Assembly: GCA_030606485.1 (NCBI GenBank)
Contig: JAUWGH010000010.1
Coordinates: 49,317 to 81,316, forward strand
Direction of reading: 5' to 3'
Length of the DNA: 32,000 nt
DNA from: Promethearchaeota archaeon
GTDB taxonomy: Archaea > Asgardarchaeota > Lokiarchaeia > Sigyniarchaeales > SOKP01
The notes beneath the pieces are model-generated. The model saw only the letters and a list, made by a program, of their open reading frames with translations, did not search any database and had not been told where the DNA came from. Positions 1-8,588 of the stretch are shown here, piece by piece. How positions within the stretch are numbered: the first letter of the stretch is position 1; every line of letters begins with the position of its first letter. The position numbers and the translations under genes were made by a program.

Positions 1-223
1 TAACACCAATTTCTTTGGACGACAGGATAGTGTTTCGATAGGACATTTTGATAAATCTAGGCTTATGTTCAGAACCGCATTCGAAGTCGAAATTCCCTTG
101 TTTATTTGAGACGGCAGAACCAAGAAAGGTTCCCTTTTCATCGTACGCTTTTACTTTTAACCCTTCCAATGGTTTATCTTTTTGTCCTAGAATTCTACCT
201 TTAAATCGGTATTTTATATCCAT
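1..223 (-). CDS. Gene running off the left window edge; N-terminal carboxypeptidase-regulatory-like / transthyretin-like beta-sandwich domain
   Basis: Hand translation from ATG at 223: MDIKYRFKGRILGQKDKPLEGLKVKAYDEKGTFLGSAVSNKQGNFDFECG..., open to the edge. SD GGAGG at 236-232. The pattern G-x-V/I...GLxVxAxD...LGxAxT/SxxxGxF matches the N-terminus of the 3672-6281 protein. Confidence 0.85.
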   Translation of the reverse strand, partial: MDIKYRFKGRILGQKDKPLEGLKVKAYDEKGTFLGSAVSNKQGNFDFECGSEHKPRFIKMSYRNTILSSKEIGV

Positions 224-1356
224 TTGGTTTCCCTCCTATAATTTAAATAAGCTTGATTTGTTCGCTCAACGTCATAGAGGTTAATTCCCATCAATTTATA
301 AGTAAGTATATCCAATATTTTTTTGAGTTTCTCGCTCTTTTCAATATGCCATTTCATTTTATTATCAATTTTTTAATATTTTATATATTTAAGTCAAATT
401 TTTTATTATAAAATTTTCAGTTAGCAACTTTCAGTAAATTATTATTTAAATATAACTGACAAGAAATGAATACAACGAATCTGCTATGAGATCTTCACAA
501 AGCAAGATCACAAAATTTTAAATGACTGGGAAATCATAATTAGATGTTTAACTAAATTTAATAATTGAATTATTATAAAAAATTAATGAATAAATATCAG
601 AAAATTTTATTTTTTTGATTTCTGATATGGCAACATTTTAAATGTTTTAGATTGGGTGCATAATTTATCTTCATATTAAAGATTTTATACTCAATATGAA
701 GAATTTATTTAATTAATGAAAAAATTAGAAATTAAATTAAAAGTAAGCTAATCGAGTGAAACTAAAATGTACACTAAATGAATTTTTTAGCTAAGCTAAA
801 TTTGTTAATTAGAAACTCAATAGAGAGAAAATATATAATACATTTCATAATTTAATTCGAAATCTCGATTTTTAGCAATTTCACTGTATCGATATTTTTT
901 CAGTTTGATTTAAATATCATATTATAATTATGGGAGTAATACATCACAAAAAATTTCTATATTTCTCCCATATTATCTCTCTTCTAATTTATTATCTTTC
1001 TTAGTTTCTTGAGAATCTTTTCAAATAAATATCTGAAATTCATTTTTTTTTATGATTATTAATTTCGAGATATAAAAAAAGATGCCATATTATAAATAGA
1101 AAAATAAAAGTTATATGACCATTTCAGCTAAAAATTTTATTATAAATTAATAATAAAACGAGGTTAAAAATTTTAAGACATTTTTAAAATCTTTTAAATT
1201 TGTGAGATTTAATCTTATATAAGGTTTAATTTAGTTTCATTTTGATTAAAAATTGTCATATGTATTTAAAAAGGAAAATGTACCATGCGTTATTATTGAA
1301 AATTTTAAGAAAAAAAATAATTTAATTTATAATTACAAATTAATAGGTTATTAAAT

Positions 1357-1812
1357 ATGGGAGAAATGGAAATGGTGATTGGACGACGGATTAAGATAAC
1401 TTGTATTCTTGGAGATATTCTAATCATAATTGGCTGGTTTACTCCTTATTTCTATGGTTTGATTTTGGAAATTCATACCTACCAATGGATGTGGGGGTTT
1501 AAATCAGCTAATGGTGTTATGGAGATGTTACCATTGGAAGGGGATATTTTAACGTTGTTTATACTGGCTATAATCATTTTGATATTGGTCATTATAAACT
1601 TGATAATTTGTTTCCTTATGAGAAAACTAAAAGATAAAAGGCTAATGGGCATTCTAAAGATAATAATAGGAGTTATTATAATTATTTTAGTAATATTACC
1701 TCTTATAATTACTCCTACGCTATTAACAAACTATACTCTTTTCGTGGGATTCTATCTAATGATAATTGGTGCTATTTTCGTAATCATTGTTGGCGTACGT
1801 GTTATTAGGTAA
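1357..1812 (+). CDS. Hypothetical integral membrane protein (~4 TM helices), 151 aa
   Basis: ORF track; four long hydrophobic stretches separated by a basic loop (MRKLKDKRL). Confidence 0.75.
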   Translation: MGEMEMVIGRRIKITCILGDILIIIGWFTPYFYGLILEIHTYQWMWGFKSANGVMEMLPLEGDILTLFILAIIILILVIINLIICFLMRKLKDKRLMGILKIIIGVIIIILVILPLIITPTLLTNYTLFVGFYLMIIGAIFVIIVGVRVIR

Positions 1813-2164
1813 TGATAAAGAATTTAATATATTAAAACTTAAATCTAAATATTTTTTTTCAATTCTTTTTTTATTAGTTTTTATAAAAAAAGAAAATGAG
1901 TATCGTTTGATTGTTACATTCCCTACGATTGAAATTGATGTTTATTTAATTACACCTCATAACTATGAATTTATCGAAAAAGATATTGATTTAGAAGTCT
2001 TTAATGATGAAGATTGTACAGTAAGAAATTACAAAGAAGAACGGCGTTTAAAAAGAAATCTTTTTAAAATTAAAAGTAACTATATGCTCCGTTTATCTTT
2101 TTTATTTCCTAAAAAAAATCATCATTATAAAATTAAATTTAATACTCAAAAAATAGTGATATAA
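1787..2164 (+). CDS. Doubtful hypothetical ORF or gene remnant (TTG start overlapping the previous gene)
   Basis: The C-terminal two thirds (ENEYRLIVTFPTIEIDVYLITPHNYEF...) look protein-like. The 5' part is low-complexity AT sequence with no SD. Confidence 0.3.
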   Translation: MLAYVLLGNDKEFNILKLKSKYFFSILFLLVFIKKENEYRLIVTFPTIEIDVYLITPHNYEFIEKDIDLEVFNDEDCTVRNYKEERRLKRNLFKIKSNYMLRLSFLFPKKNHHYKIKFNTQKIVI

Positions 2165-2710
2165 AATATTAAAAACATAAAAGTATTTCATAGTAAAATA
2201 TAATAAATGAGTAGAGACATTATATGGAATAAATAATTTCTTTGAGGAATTTCCTTTAATAAGATCTTAAATTTTTATGAGAGGGATTTTACAATCCCCA
2301 TAAATATAGAATAAGGTTATTAAAATGGAAGAAAATTTTATATTCGATATTTTAACTAACGCTTTTTTCTATTCTTTCTTAATATATCTTTCGACCTAAT
2401 CTTTAAGATAAAGAGATATGGAAATATTTTAGGAGGTAGATTATTTCCTAGATAAAATTCTTCTGAATACCATATTATAAATTTTTCAAAAAAATAATGT
2501 CATATTACAACTAAAAAAATAAAGCTTTAAAATATTTATATATTTAATTTTTCCATTTAATTTATTTTTTGAACGTTGTTAAATCTATAAATTTATGAAT
2601 ATATGCTTTTTAAGGCTCATAATATTGAGGTGCAAGGCTTTCATAGTAATTTTATAATATTTTTTTTTTGTCATATATATTTAAATAAAAAAATAAATAA
2701 AAATCAAAAT

Positions 2711-3541
2711 ATGAAATCAAATAAACTTCAAAGAATAGGGAAATATAAATCTGAGAGTGGTGGCGTCATACGCTTTATTATTGACATTGACCACGCTAAA
2801 GAATACGAATTGGATGAAGCCTTGAGTTTTTTTATTTCAGCTACCAATGATTTTGCAAGAGGTAAGGATCATTGGTTTAATGCAGATAAAGCGAAAATGC
2901 TCAAAAAGCCTGAAAAAGAAACAAAATTTAAAAAGCTATTAATGGAAGACAACGCAAAAGGCTTGGAGAAAGTTAAGAAAGCTAAAATGCTGATAAAAAA
3001 GCCACTTGACAATTTTAAAAATATTGAAAAAAAAATGAAAGTATCACATGAAGAATTTAAAAAAAACATGAACAAACGTGAAGCAGAGCTTAAAGAAAAT
3101 TTAATGGTTGCAAATTTATCTCTCGATGAAATAAAAATTATCTTAGAAGAATTTACTAAGAGTAGAAAAATATTTGAAATTGAAGGAAGACAAGGACTTA
3201 TTAAACACCTGAGCAATCAATTCGAAGAATTGGAGGAACTTTGCTCTGACCCTAGTAAAGGTTGGAAACGTGCTAGTGTTACATGTGTTATTTGTATAAT
3301 CATCCTGTTAATTTTAGCCATCGGTTTTATCGTGACAACAATTATTATTATTTCGTATATAGTCAACTGGAATACGAAGGAAATTCATGATCTGAAAAAT
3401 GAATCCCCAGCATGTAAAATCGATGAAATGACACCTGAGGGTAAAGAATATTTTAAAACTTTCGAAGAAGCAGACCATTACTTTAAAAATAAAGGATTTA
3501 ATGGATGTGCGTGGTGTATGCCCCAATATCATACTGATTAA
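2711..3541 (+). CDS. Single-pass membrane protein with a C-terminal Ada-metal-binding-like (His/Cys) domain; probable start ATG 2711 (276 aa)
   Basis: The track ORF starts at 2603, but the first 36 codons are AT-rich low-complexity sequence; MKSNKLQ.. at 2711 is in frame. Charged helical N-terminus, TM segment VICIIILLILAIGFIVTTIIIISY, then YIVNWNTKEIHDL..C..EYFKTFEEA..GFNGCAWCMP, which resembles the Ada_Zn_binding-like pattern (N..H..C..F...EEA..G..C..C.P). Confidence 0.7.
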   Translation: MKSNKLQRIGKYKSESGGVIRFIIDIDHAKEYELDEALSFFISATNDFARGKDHWFNADKAKMLKKPEKETKFKKLLMEDNAKGLEKVKKAKMLIKKPLDNFKNIEKKMKVSHEEFKKNMNKREAELKENLMVANLSLDEIKIILEEFTKSRKIFEIEGRQGLIKHLSNQFEELEELCSDPSKGWKRASVTCVICIIILLILAIGFIVTTIIIISYIVNWNTKEIHDLKNESPACKIDEMTPEGKEYFKTFEEADHYFKNKGFNGCAWCMPQYHTD

Positions 3542-3671
3542 ATTCAACATCAAATTATTTAATGCTGAGTTGAGAAAATAAATTATAAAATATATAGTAC
3601 TATCAAAAAAAAATCGATTTTAATTTATTAAAATATTAAGGAGGGTAAAAAAACATAAAGAGGGATAAAAA

Positions 3672-6281
3672 ATGGATGTAAAAAAGAAAGGATTTATAAT
3701 TTACGGAAAAGTCTTAGGAAAAGTAAGCAAAAAAGGGATTACTAGCTTGACAGTTGAAGCATTGGATAAAGATCTATTATTTGATGATCGTTTGGGCACT
3801 GCAATTACTAATAAAGATGGTAATTTTGAAATTCTGTATGATAAAGAAGATTTTCAAGAACTTTTTCTTGATTTAAAACCAGATATATATTTAAGGGTGA
3901 AAAATCCAAAGGGAGAAATCATATATACCACAGAAGACAAGATCAAATATGGGGTTATAGGGGTAGAAGAGTTTAATATAGTTATTTCAGAAAAATTGAT
4001 CGAAAAAATAGAAGTTGAAAGCGAAAGGCTACAATTTAAGAAATTAACGGATATCAATCCTAATTACTTTGGAAATATAATCGATAAGAAACTCGCAATT
4101 CAATATCTCCCTGTATATGAAATGACAAATAATGTTAAATACGAAGAGTTAGTATGCGTGGGTTCTTATCCTGAAGATAATATACTAATGGCTATTATTG
4201 AAGTAAAATTGCCTTATGGTTATAAGGGATCACTATGTAAAGCAGGTAGCAAGGAATATGTAGGTTTTTATATTGATTACAATGATGGCGTCGGTTTTGT
4301 AAGTGTGGGCGCAATAACAGAGGTAAATGTTCATGATATTTCTTTTGTTGATGGAGGACATCTTTTTTATGCTGTACGCAAATCTTTCATTCCCAAGGAT
4401 TATTTTAAATGCAATAAATCACAAATAGTTAAAGTGAGGGCGATTTTATCTTGGGAACAATTACCAACGGGTCCTAATTTCGAACCAGTATGGGGAAATG
4501 TTGTTGATACATGGATTCAGATTAAACCAATATATCCAATTTTTTATTCTATCCCCCAATTTAAACTTTTACCAGAAGTAGAAATAAAACCTATTGGATT
4601 AATTCCTTCTGTTGAAAAGTTTGTAATTGCAGGGGATAAAGAAGAAATTATAGAATTAATAAATAAATCCATCGAAGCGGAAAAGAGAATAAAAGAAGAA
4701 GGAAAAGTTGAAGTAGAGCGGCTTGAATTTAAGAAGATGATTATGAAAAATCCAAATTACTTCGGCTCGATTACTGAATCTACAGATAAAAATAAGATTT
4801 TCAGAGTGATACGCCATCTTCCCCCAGATACTATCAAAATTTTACTCCCTAAACTTACAATTGATCCTAACATGCTTGTACCAGTAAAATTTTATATTCT
4901 GAAAACAATGTATGAAGAATTAAAATGTATCGGACTCTATCCTAATGGTGATCTTTTGGAAGCAGTTATAGAGATTAAATTGCCGTACGGGTTTAATGGT
5001 GATTTATGTACTCTAGGTAGTAAAGAGTATGTTGCTTTTTATATCGATTGGGGTTCAGGTTATAAGCATGTAGCTACATCGACGGTGGGAGTTCACGACA
5101 TCCCCGTTGTAAATGATAAACATCTTTTCTATGCCGTAAAGGCAAAAATTCCTAATATAAAATCAAAATTGAAAGATTGTCCTATTGAAAATATTGTAAA
5201 AGTCAAGGCAATATTATCTTGGAATGAAGACCCAACCCCCTATGGGCATATTTATAAACCAACATGGGGAAATGTATTAATAAGGAATATCCAGATAAGG
5301 CCAAAAGATGGAGTAAGCGTTAAATGTGATATTGAAATTGTCAATGAAGTGCATATTGATGAAATAAGTCAAAGTGGTATTAATGAAGGGCTTGCCATTA
5401 AGATTGATGCGTCAAACAATGCAGTTCCATTGATATATGATAGACCTTTTGGAGGTATCATTGCATGTTGGGGGAATATAAATGTTTGGGGTGCAGCATA
5501 TTACAGATTTAGATATAGCAATGATGAGGGTATTACTTGGAAAAATATTACGGATGAGAGGAAAGCACGTAATACATTTCCTTTGTTACCTGTTATCACA
5601 AGAACTCCAGATAGTAATGGATGGTTTAGTAAGAGTGAATATGATACTGATATAGATAACTATAGTCTTGCTCCCTTGGTACATTGGAGGAGTTATGGAA
5701 AGGATAATAAATATTTGCTAAAGCTTGAATTAGCAGATGCAGAGAAAAATCCACTTCCTGGACAAACAACTGATGTCTCACTTATACTGGATAATAGAGA
5801 ACCTGAACTTTTTACGTTTGGTGGAACTCCACCCCCAACACTGCCTACTAAAGGTGTTACTGTCAAAGATAGCGAAGGAAATTATAAAAAATGTGATGCA
5901 TTTATCGGAAATAAGGACTGGGAAGTATCTTTAATCTTTATCTATGGTAATTTCAGAGATGACTATTTTAAAAAATTTCGATTAAAAATATTTGGAGGAA
6001 ATATTTCAGAGTCTGGTGAACAAATAGGTGAAGAAGTTCGATATGATGATCCAATTCCAGGTGTTGATGAACAAGGCATTATTGGTGCCATCGATGGAGG
6101 ACTTGGTCAAGAGATTGGAAATTTAAATTTATGTCCTGATAAAATAAAGTGCGCTTACGGTATAGAACTCACGATTTGGGATAGATCGATTGTGGGCTCT
6201 GTTAGAGGATATGAATTTAATACATATAATCACGGAAAAGATGCTTTTGTAACCTTTGATTGGGACCCCAAAGGTTGTTAA
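3672..6281 (+). CDS. 869-aa hypothetical protein: N-terminal transthyretin/carboxypeptidase-regulatory-like domain, two tandem copies of an uncharacterised beta-rich domain, and a C-terminal beta-rich region
   Basis: ORF track; SD GAGGG at 3660-3664. Internal repeat ERLxFKK..NPNYFG..YEELxCxGxYP..LxAxIEx KLPYGxxGxLCxxGSKEYVxFYID..VHDI..HLFYAV..VKVxAILSW..PxWGNV..IQIxP at 4017-4529 and 4710-5303. Confidence 0.9.
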   Translation: MDVKKKGFIIYGKVLGKVSKKGITSLTVEALDKDLLFDDRLGTAITNKDGNFEILYDKEDFQELFLDLKPDIYLRVKNPKGEIIYTTEDKIKYGVIGVEEFNIVISEKLIEKIEVESERLQFKKLTDINPNYFGNIIDKKLAIQYLPVYEMTNNVKYEELVCVGSYPEDNILMAIIEVKLPYGYKGSLCKAGSKEYVGFYIDYNDGVGFVSVGAITEVNVHDISFVDGGHLFYAVRKSFIPKDYFKCNKSQIVKVRAILSWEQLPTGPNFEPVWGNVVDTWIQIKPIYPIFYSIPQFKLLPEVEIKPIGLIPSVEKFVIAGDKEEIIELINKSIEAEKRIKEEGKVEVERLEFKKMIMKNPNYFGSITESTDKNKIFRVIRHLPPDTIKILLPKLTIDPNMLVPVKFYILKTMYEELKCIGLYPNGDLLEAVIEIKLPYGFNGDLCTLGSKEYVAFYIDWGSGYKHVATSTVGVHDIPVVNDKHLFYAVKAKIPNIKSKLKDCPIENIVKVKAILSWNEDPTPYGHIYKPTWGNVLIRNIQIRPKDGVSVKCDIEIVNEVHIDEISQSGINEGLAIKIDASNNAVPLIYDRPFGGIIACWGNINVWGAAYYRFRYSNDEGITWKNITDERKARNTFPLLPVITRTPDSNGWFSKSEYDTDIDNYSLAPLVHWRSYGKDNKYLLKLELADAEKNPLPGQTTDVSLILDNREPELFTFGGTPPPTLPTKGVTVKDSEGNYKKCDAFIGNKDWEVSLIFIYGNFRDDYFKKFRLKIFGGNISESGEQIGEEVRYDDPIPGVDEQGIIGAIDGGLGQEIGNLNLCPDKIKCAYGIELTIWDRSIVGSVRGYEFNTYNHGKDAFVTFDWDPKGC
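4017..5303 (+). repeat. Intragenic tandem domain duplication (copy 1 4017-4529, copy 2 4710-5303)
   Basis: Direct amino-acid comparison of the two halves shows many identical blocks (NPNYFG, YEEL, KLPYG, GSKEYV, FYID, VHDI, HLFYAV, AILSW, WGNV). Confidence 0.95.
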
Positions 6282-6388
6282 AAGGAAGAAGAAATATAAA
6301 AAATATTGTCATAATATAGCAACTAAAAAAATAATGCTTTCATATTTAAGTAAAAAATAGATGACAAAAATGAAGTTCTATTAAATAA

Positions 6389-6532
6389 GGGAGGATAAAG
6401 TCTTTAATGCTTCTCCGCCCATCAATAAATAGGGGGAGGAGGAGGGCGAAAATAAGTGTAGATAAATACTACACCAACCAAAAGACAAAAATCCAGTATG
6501 GGGGGAGATGCAACCTTTGACTTTATCCTTAC
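6389..6532. repeat. Palindrome-ended intergenic element A (MITE-like or structured RNA)
   Basis: Perfect 11-bp inverted repeat AGGATAAAGTC (6392-6402) / GACTTTATCCT (6519-6529); internal hairpin GTGTAG/CTACAC (6456-6474); interior GC-richer than the surroundings; shares four ordered motifs with element B. Confidence 0.6.
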
Positions 6533-6609
6533 CAATATTATCTAAAAATTAACTATAAAAAGATTTCTATTCCTTTTTTTTGTTTAAAAAGGTCCATTGA
6601 AATTATCAT

Positions 6610-6861
6610 TTAAAAACTATCATTTAATACTGAACCTACTTGTATCGCAAGATAATTTAAGATAACATCGTAATCTTCAGGTGTTATTTCCTTGGTCCTA
6701 AGAACAAACTTTTTAATACTATTAATACATGAGAGTTGGTTTCTAATTTTTTCAGATTGGAATTTATTCTGGAGATAAGATTCTTGATTCTTAATTTCAC
6801 ATATTAACTTATCTCTTAATTCCTCAAATTGTGCATTAAATGCAATATTGTCAATTCCCAT
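6610..6861 (-). CDS. Small helical hypothetical protein (probable start MGIDN at 6861; track start 6885)
   Basis: ORF track 6610-6885; plausible composition, no recognisable motif. Confidence 0.6.
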   Translation of the reverse strand: MGIDNIAFNAQFEELRDKLICEIKNQESYLQNKFQSEKIRNQLSCINSIKKFVLRTKEITPEDYDVILNYLAIQVGSVLNDSF

Positions 6862-7012
6862 GTTATTAATTCTAAAATTCATCATTATAATTTCAGATTA
6901 AATTCTAATTATTTAAATAAAAAAGGAGCGGTAAGATACTATTAAAGAAAGAGATATAACTAAATTATTAAGACTATATTTTCATAAAATAAAAAAAAAT
7001 AAGATAATACAC

Positions 7013-7105
7013 TTATCTTGAAAAGAAATATTCTATAAGGGCTTTTGTGAAACCATCCAGCCACTCGTTATTAATCTCGGCCCACTTTATGATTTTTCAC
7101 CTCCT
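7013..7105 (-). pseudogene. Strong SD (AGGAGGTGA) followed by a 25-codon frame beginning with ATA; probable gene remnant or micro-ORF
   Basis: SD at 7105-7097, ATA at 7090, frame (I/M)KWAEINNEWLDGFTKALIEYFFSR, TAA at 7015-7013. Confidence 0.3.
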
Positions 7106-7416
7106 GTAATTTTTTATTCAAAATTTGAAAAAATTGAATTGAATCATATTTTTAATGAAGATATATAAAGAAAAAATGAGAACCAAAAGAGATTAAATTG
7201 AATAAAACTTACTTTCTCTCTAAAAGAATTATTGTTTTATATCAATTGGGACAATATAATCATGAATTATGTAATTTTAGTTTGTTTCCGATATGATTAC
7301 ACTTTAATTCTATATTTAAAGAAAGAAAATAATTGTTGAAAGAATTTTTTCTCTTTAAATAGATTTATTTTAAGAAAAGTATAACCATTAATTTTCTATA
7401 AAAATCGGAATTTATT

Positions 7417-8445
7417 ATGAGTAAAATCAATCGAAGGAAAAAAAATAATAAATGGAATACATCAGAAAATGAAGAAGTAAAAAGATATTATTTATTGGGT
7501 AATAAATTTCTTGAACAAAGAAATTTCCAAGAAGCAATAATCTATTATAAAAAAGCATTAGAAATTGATCCTCAAGATATATTAACACTTTCTAATTTAG
7601 GCCGAGTATACCATCATTCCTATGTTCTGCAATCATCAACTAAAGATCTGAGTTTATTGGACAATTCTGAAGCTTGTTATCTAGAAGCAACAAAAATAGA
7701 TCCCAATTTTTGGTTATCATACTTCACTTTGGGAGTAATTAAAATTGAACGGAAAGAATTTTTGAAAGCACTAACATATCATCTGAAATTTCTTACTGTT
7801 TATGAAAAAGCGAAAGTAAAAAACTTCAAAATGTATAATCATGCAACCAATTATATTGTAGAATCCATTAAAAAAGGAAAAATTTCTGTAGAATCATTCA
7901 AAAAATTATTAAATATCTCAATTTCTAAAGAAATATGGACACTATTGGGATACGGTTTGCTACATAGTCAATTATATGAATCTGCCGAATTATGCTTTCT
8001 TAAAGTAATCGAAAAACACCCGGATTATTCTAGTGGATACATTGATTTGGGAAATGTGTATATTGAGATGATTAAAAATATTCCCGATTATTGTCCTAAT
8101 TTTAATAAAATTAAAAATTATCTTAAAAAAGCCGTCGAGCTTGACACTAACAATGAAATTGCATGGAATAATCTTGGAACATATTACACATTTGTTGATG
8201 ATTTTGAAAAAGCGAAATTTTGTTATAAAACATCAATCAAACTCAAAAATTACTGCATAACTCCATGGTATAGTCTTGCAAGTATTCTGGTCAAGAAGGG
8301 TTTATATAAAGAAGCAATAAAATGCCTAAAAAAAGTCGTTCAAATTGATCCAAATTATACCCCTGCTAAAGAAGCGTTGGACATACTTAAGAATAATACT
8401 AAGGAACAATTATCCAGGAAAAGAATTGAATTAAGAATAAATTAA
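7417..8445 (+). CDS. Tetratricopeptide repeat (TPR) protein, 342 aa
   Basis: Multiple 34-aa TPR units, e.g. YYLLGNKFLEQRNFQEAIIYYKKALEIDP, AWNNLGTYY..FEKAKFCYKTSI, PWYSLASIL..YKEAIKCLKKVVQIDP. Confidence 0.92.
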   Translation: MSKINRRKKNNKWNTSENEEVKRYYLLGNKFLEQRNFQEAIIYYKKALEIDPQDILTLSNLGRVYHHSYVLQSSTKDLSLLDNSEACYLEATKIDPNFWLSYFTLGVIKIERKEFLKALTYHLKFLTVYEKAKVKNFKMYNHATNYIVESIKKGKISVESFKKLLNISISKEIWTLLGYGLLHSQLYESAELCFLKVIEKHPDYSSGYIDLGNVYIEMIKNIPDYCPNFNKIKNYLKKAVELDTNNEIAWNNLGTYYTFVDDFEKAKFCYKTSIKLKNYCITPWYSLASILVKKGLYKEAIKCLKKVVQIDPNYTPAKEALDILKNNTKEQLSRKRIELRIN

Positions 8446-8537
8446 ATCAATCAGTTAAACTAACCAATAACTTACAATTTTTGCAATATATAAAAGGATT
8501 ATGAACCTTTAATTGTAAAGGAGTTTCACATTTGGAA
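8445..8537 (-). repeat. Direct repeat R1: orphan copy of the 3' 93 bp of the Zn-ribbon gene (partner R2 at 10247-10339)
   Basis: Base-by-base comparison: 89/93 identical to 10247-10339. It encodes SKCETPLQLKVHNPFIYCKNCKLLVSLTD* with no in-frame start codon. Confidence 0.95.
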
Positions 8538-8545
8538 GATACTAC

Positions 8546-8566
8546 CTTTAGGACACCCTCCTAAAG
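8546..8566. terminator. Perfect hairpin CTTTAGGA-caccc-TCCTAAAG (possible terminator or recombination signal)
   Basis: 8-bp stem, 5-nt loop; lies 22 nt past the NTase stop and 8 nt from the inner edge of R1. Confidence 0.4.
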
Positions 8567-8588
8567 AGTAATAATAAAGTCTCATAAA

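Noticed and set aside
48-284. Track ORF, 78 aa, plus strand
   Set aside because: Antisense shadow of the minus-strand gene starting at 223, which has an SD and a recognisable domain.
224-1356. Long AT-rich intergenic stretch as an RNA gene or origin
   Set aside because: No tRNA/rRNA-like structure or ORB-like repeats; only short broken protein-like frames, consistent with decayed DNA.
2869-5934. Track ORFs 2869-3216(-), 3314-3553(-), 3854-4057(-), 5737-5934(+)
   Set aside because: Shadow or alternate frames inside better-supported genes; no motifs.
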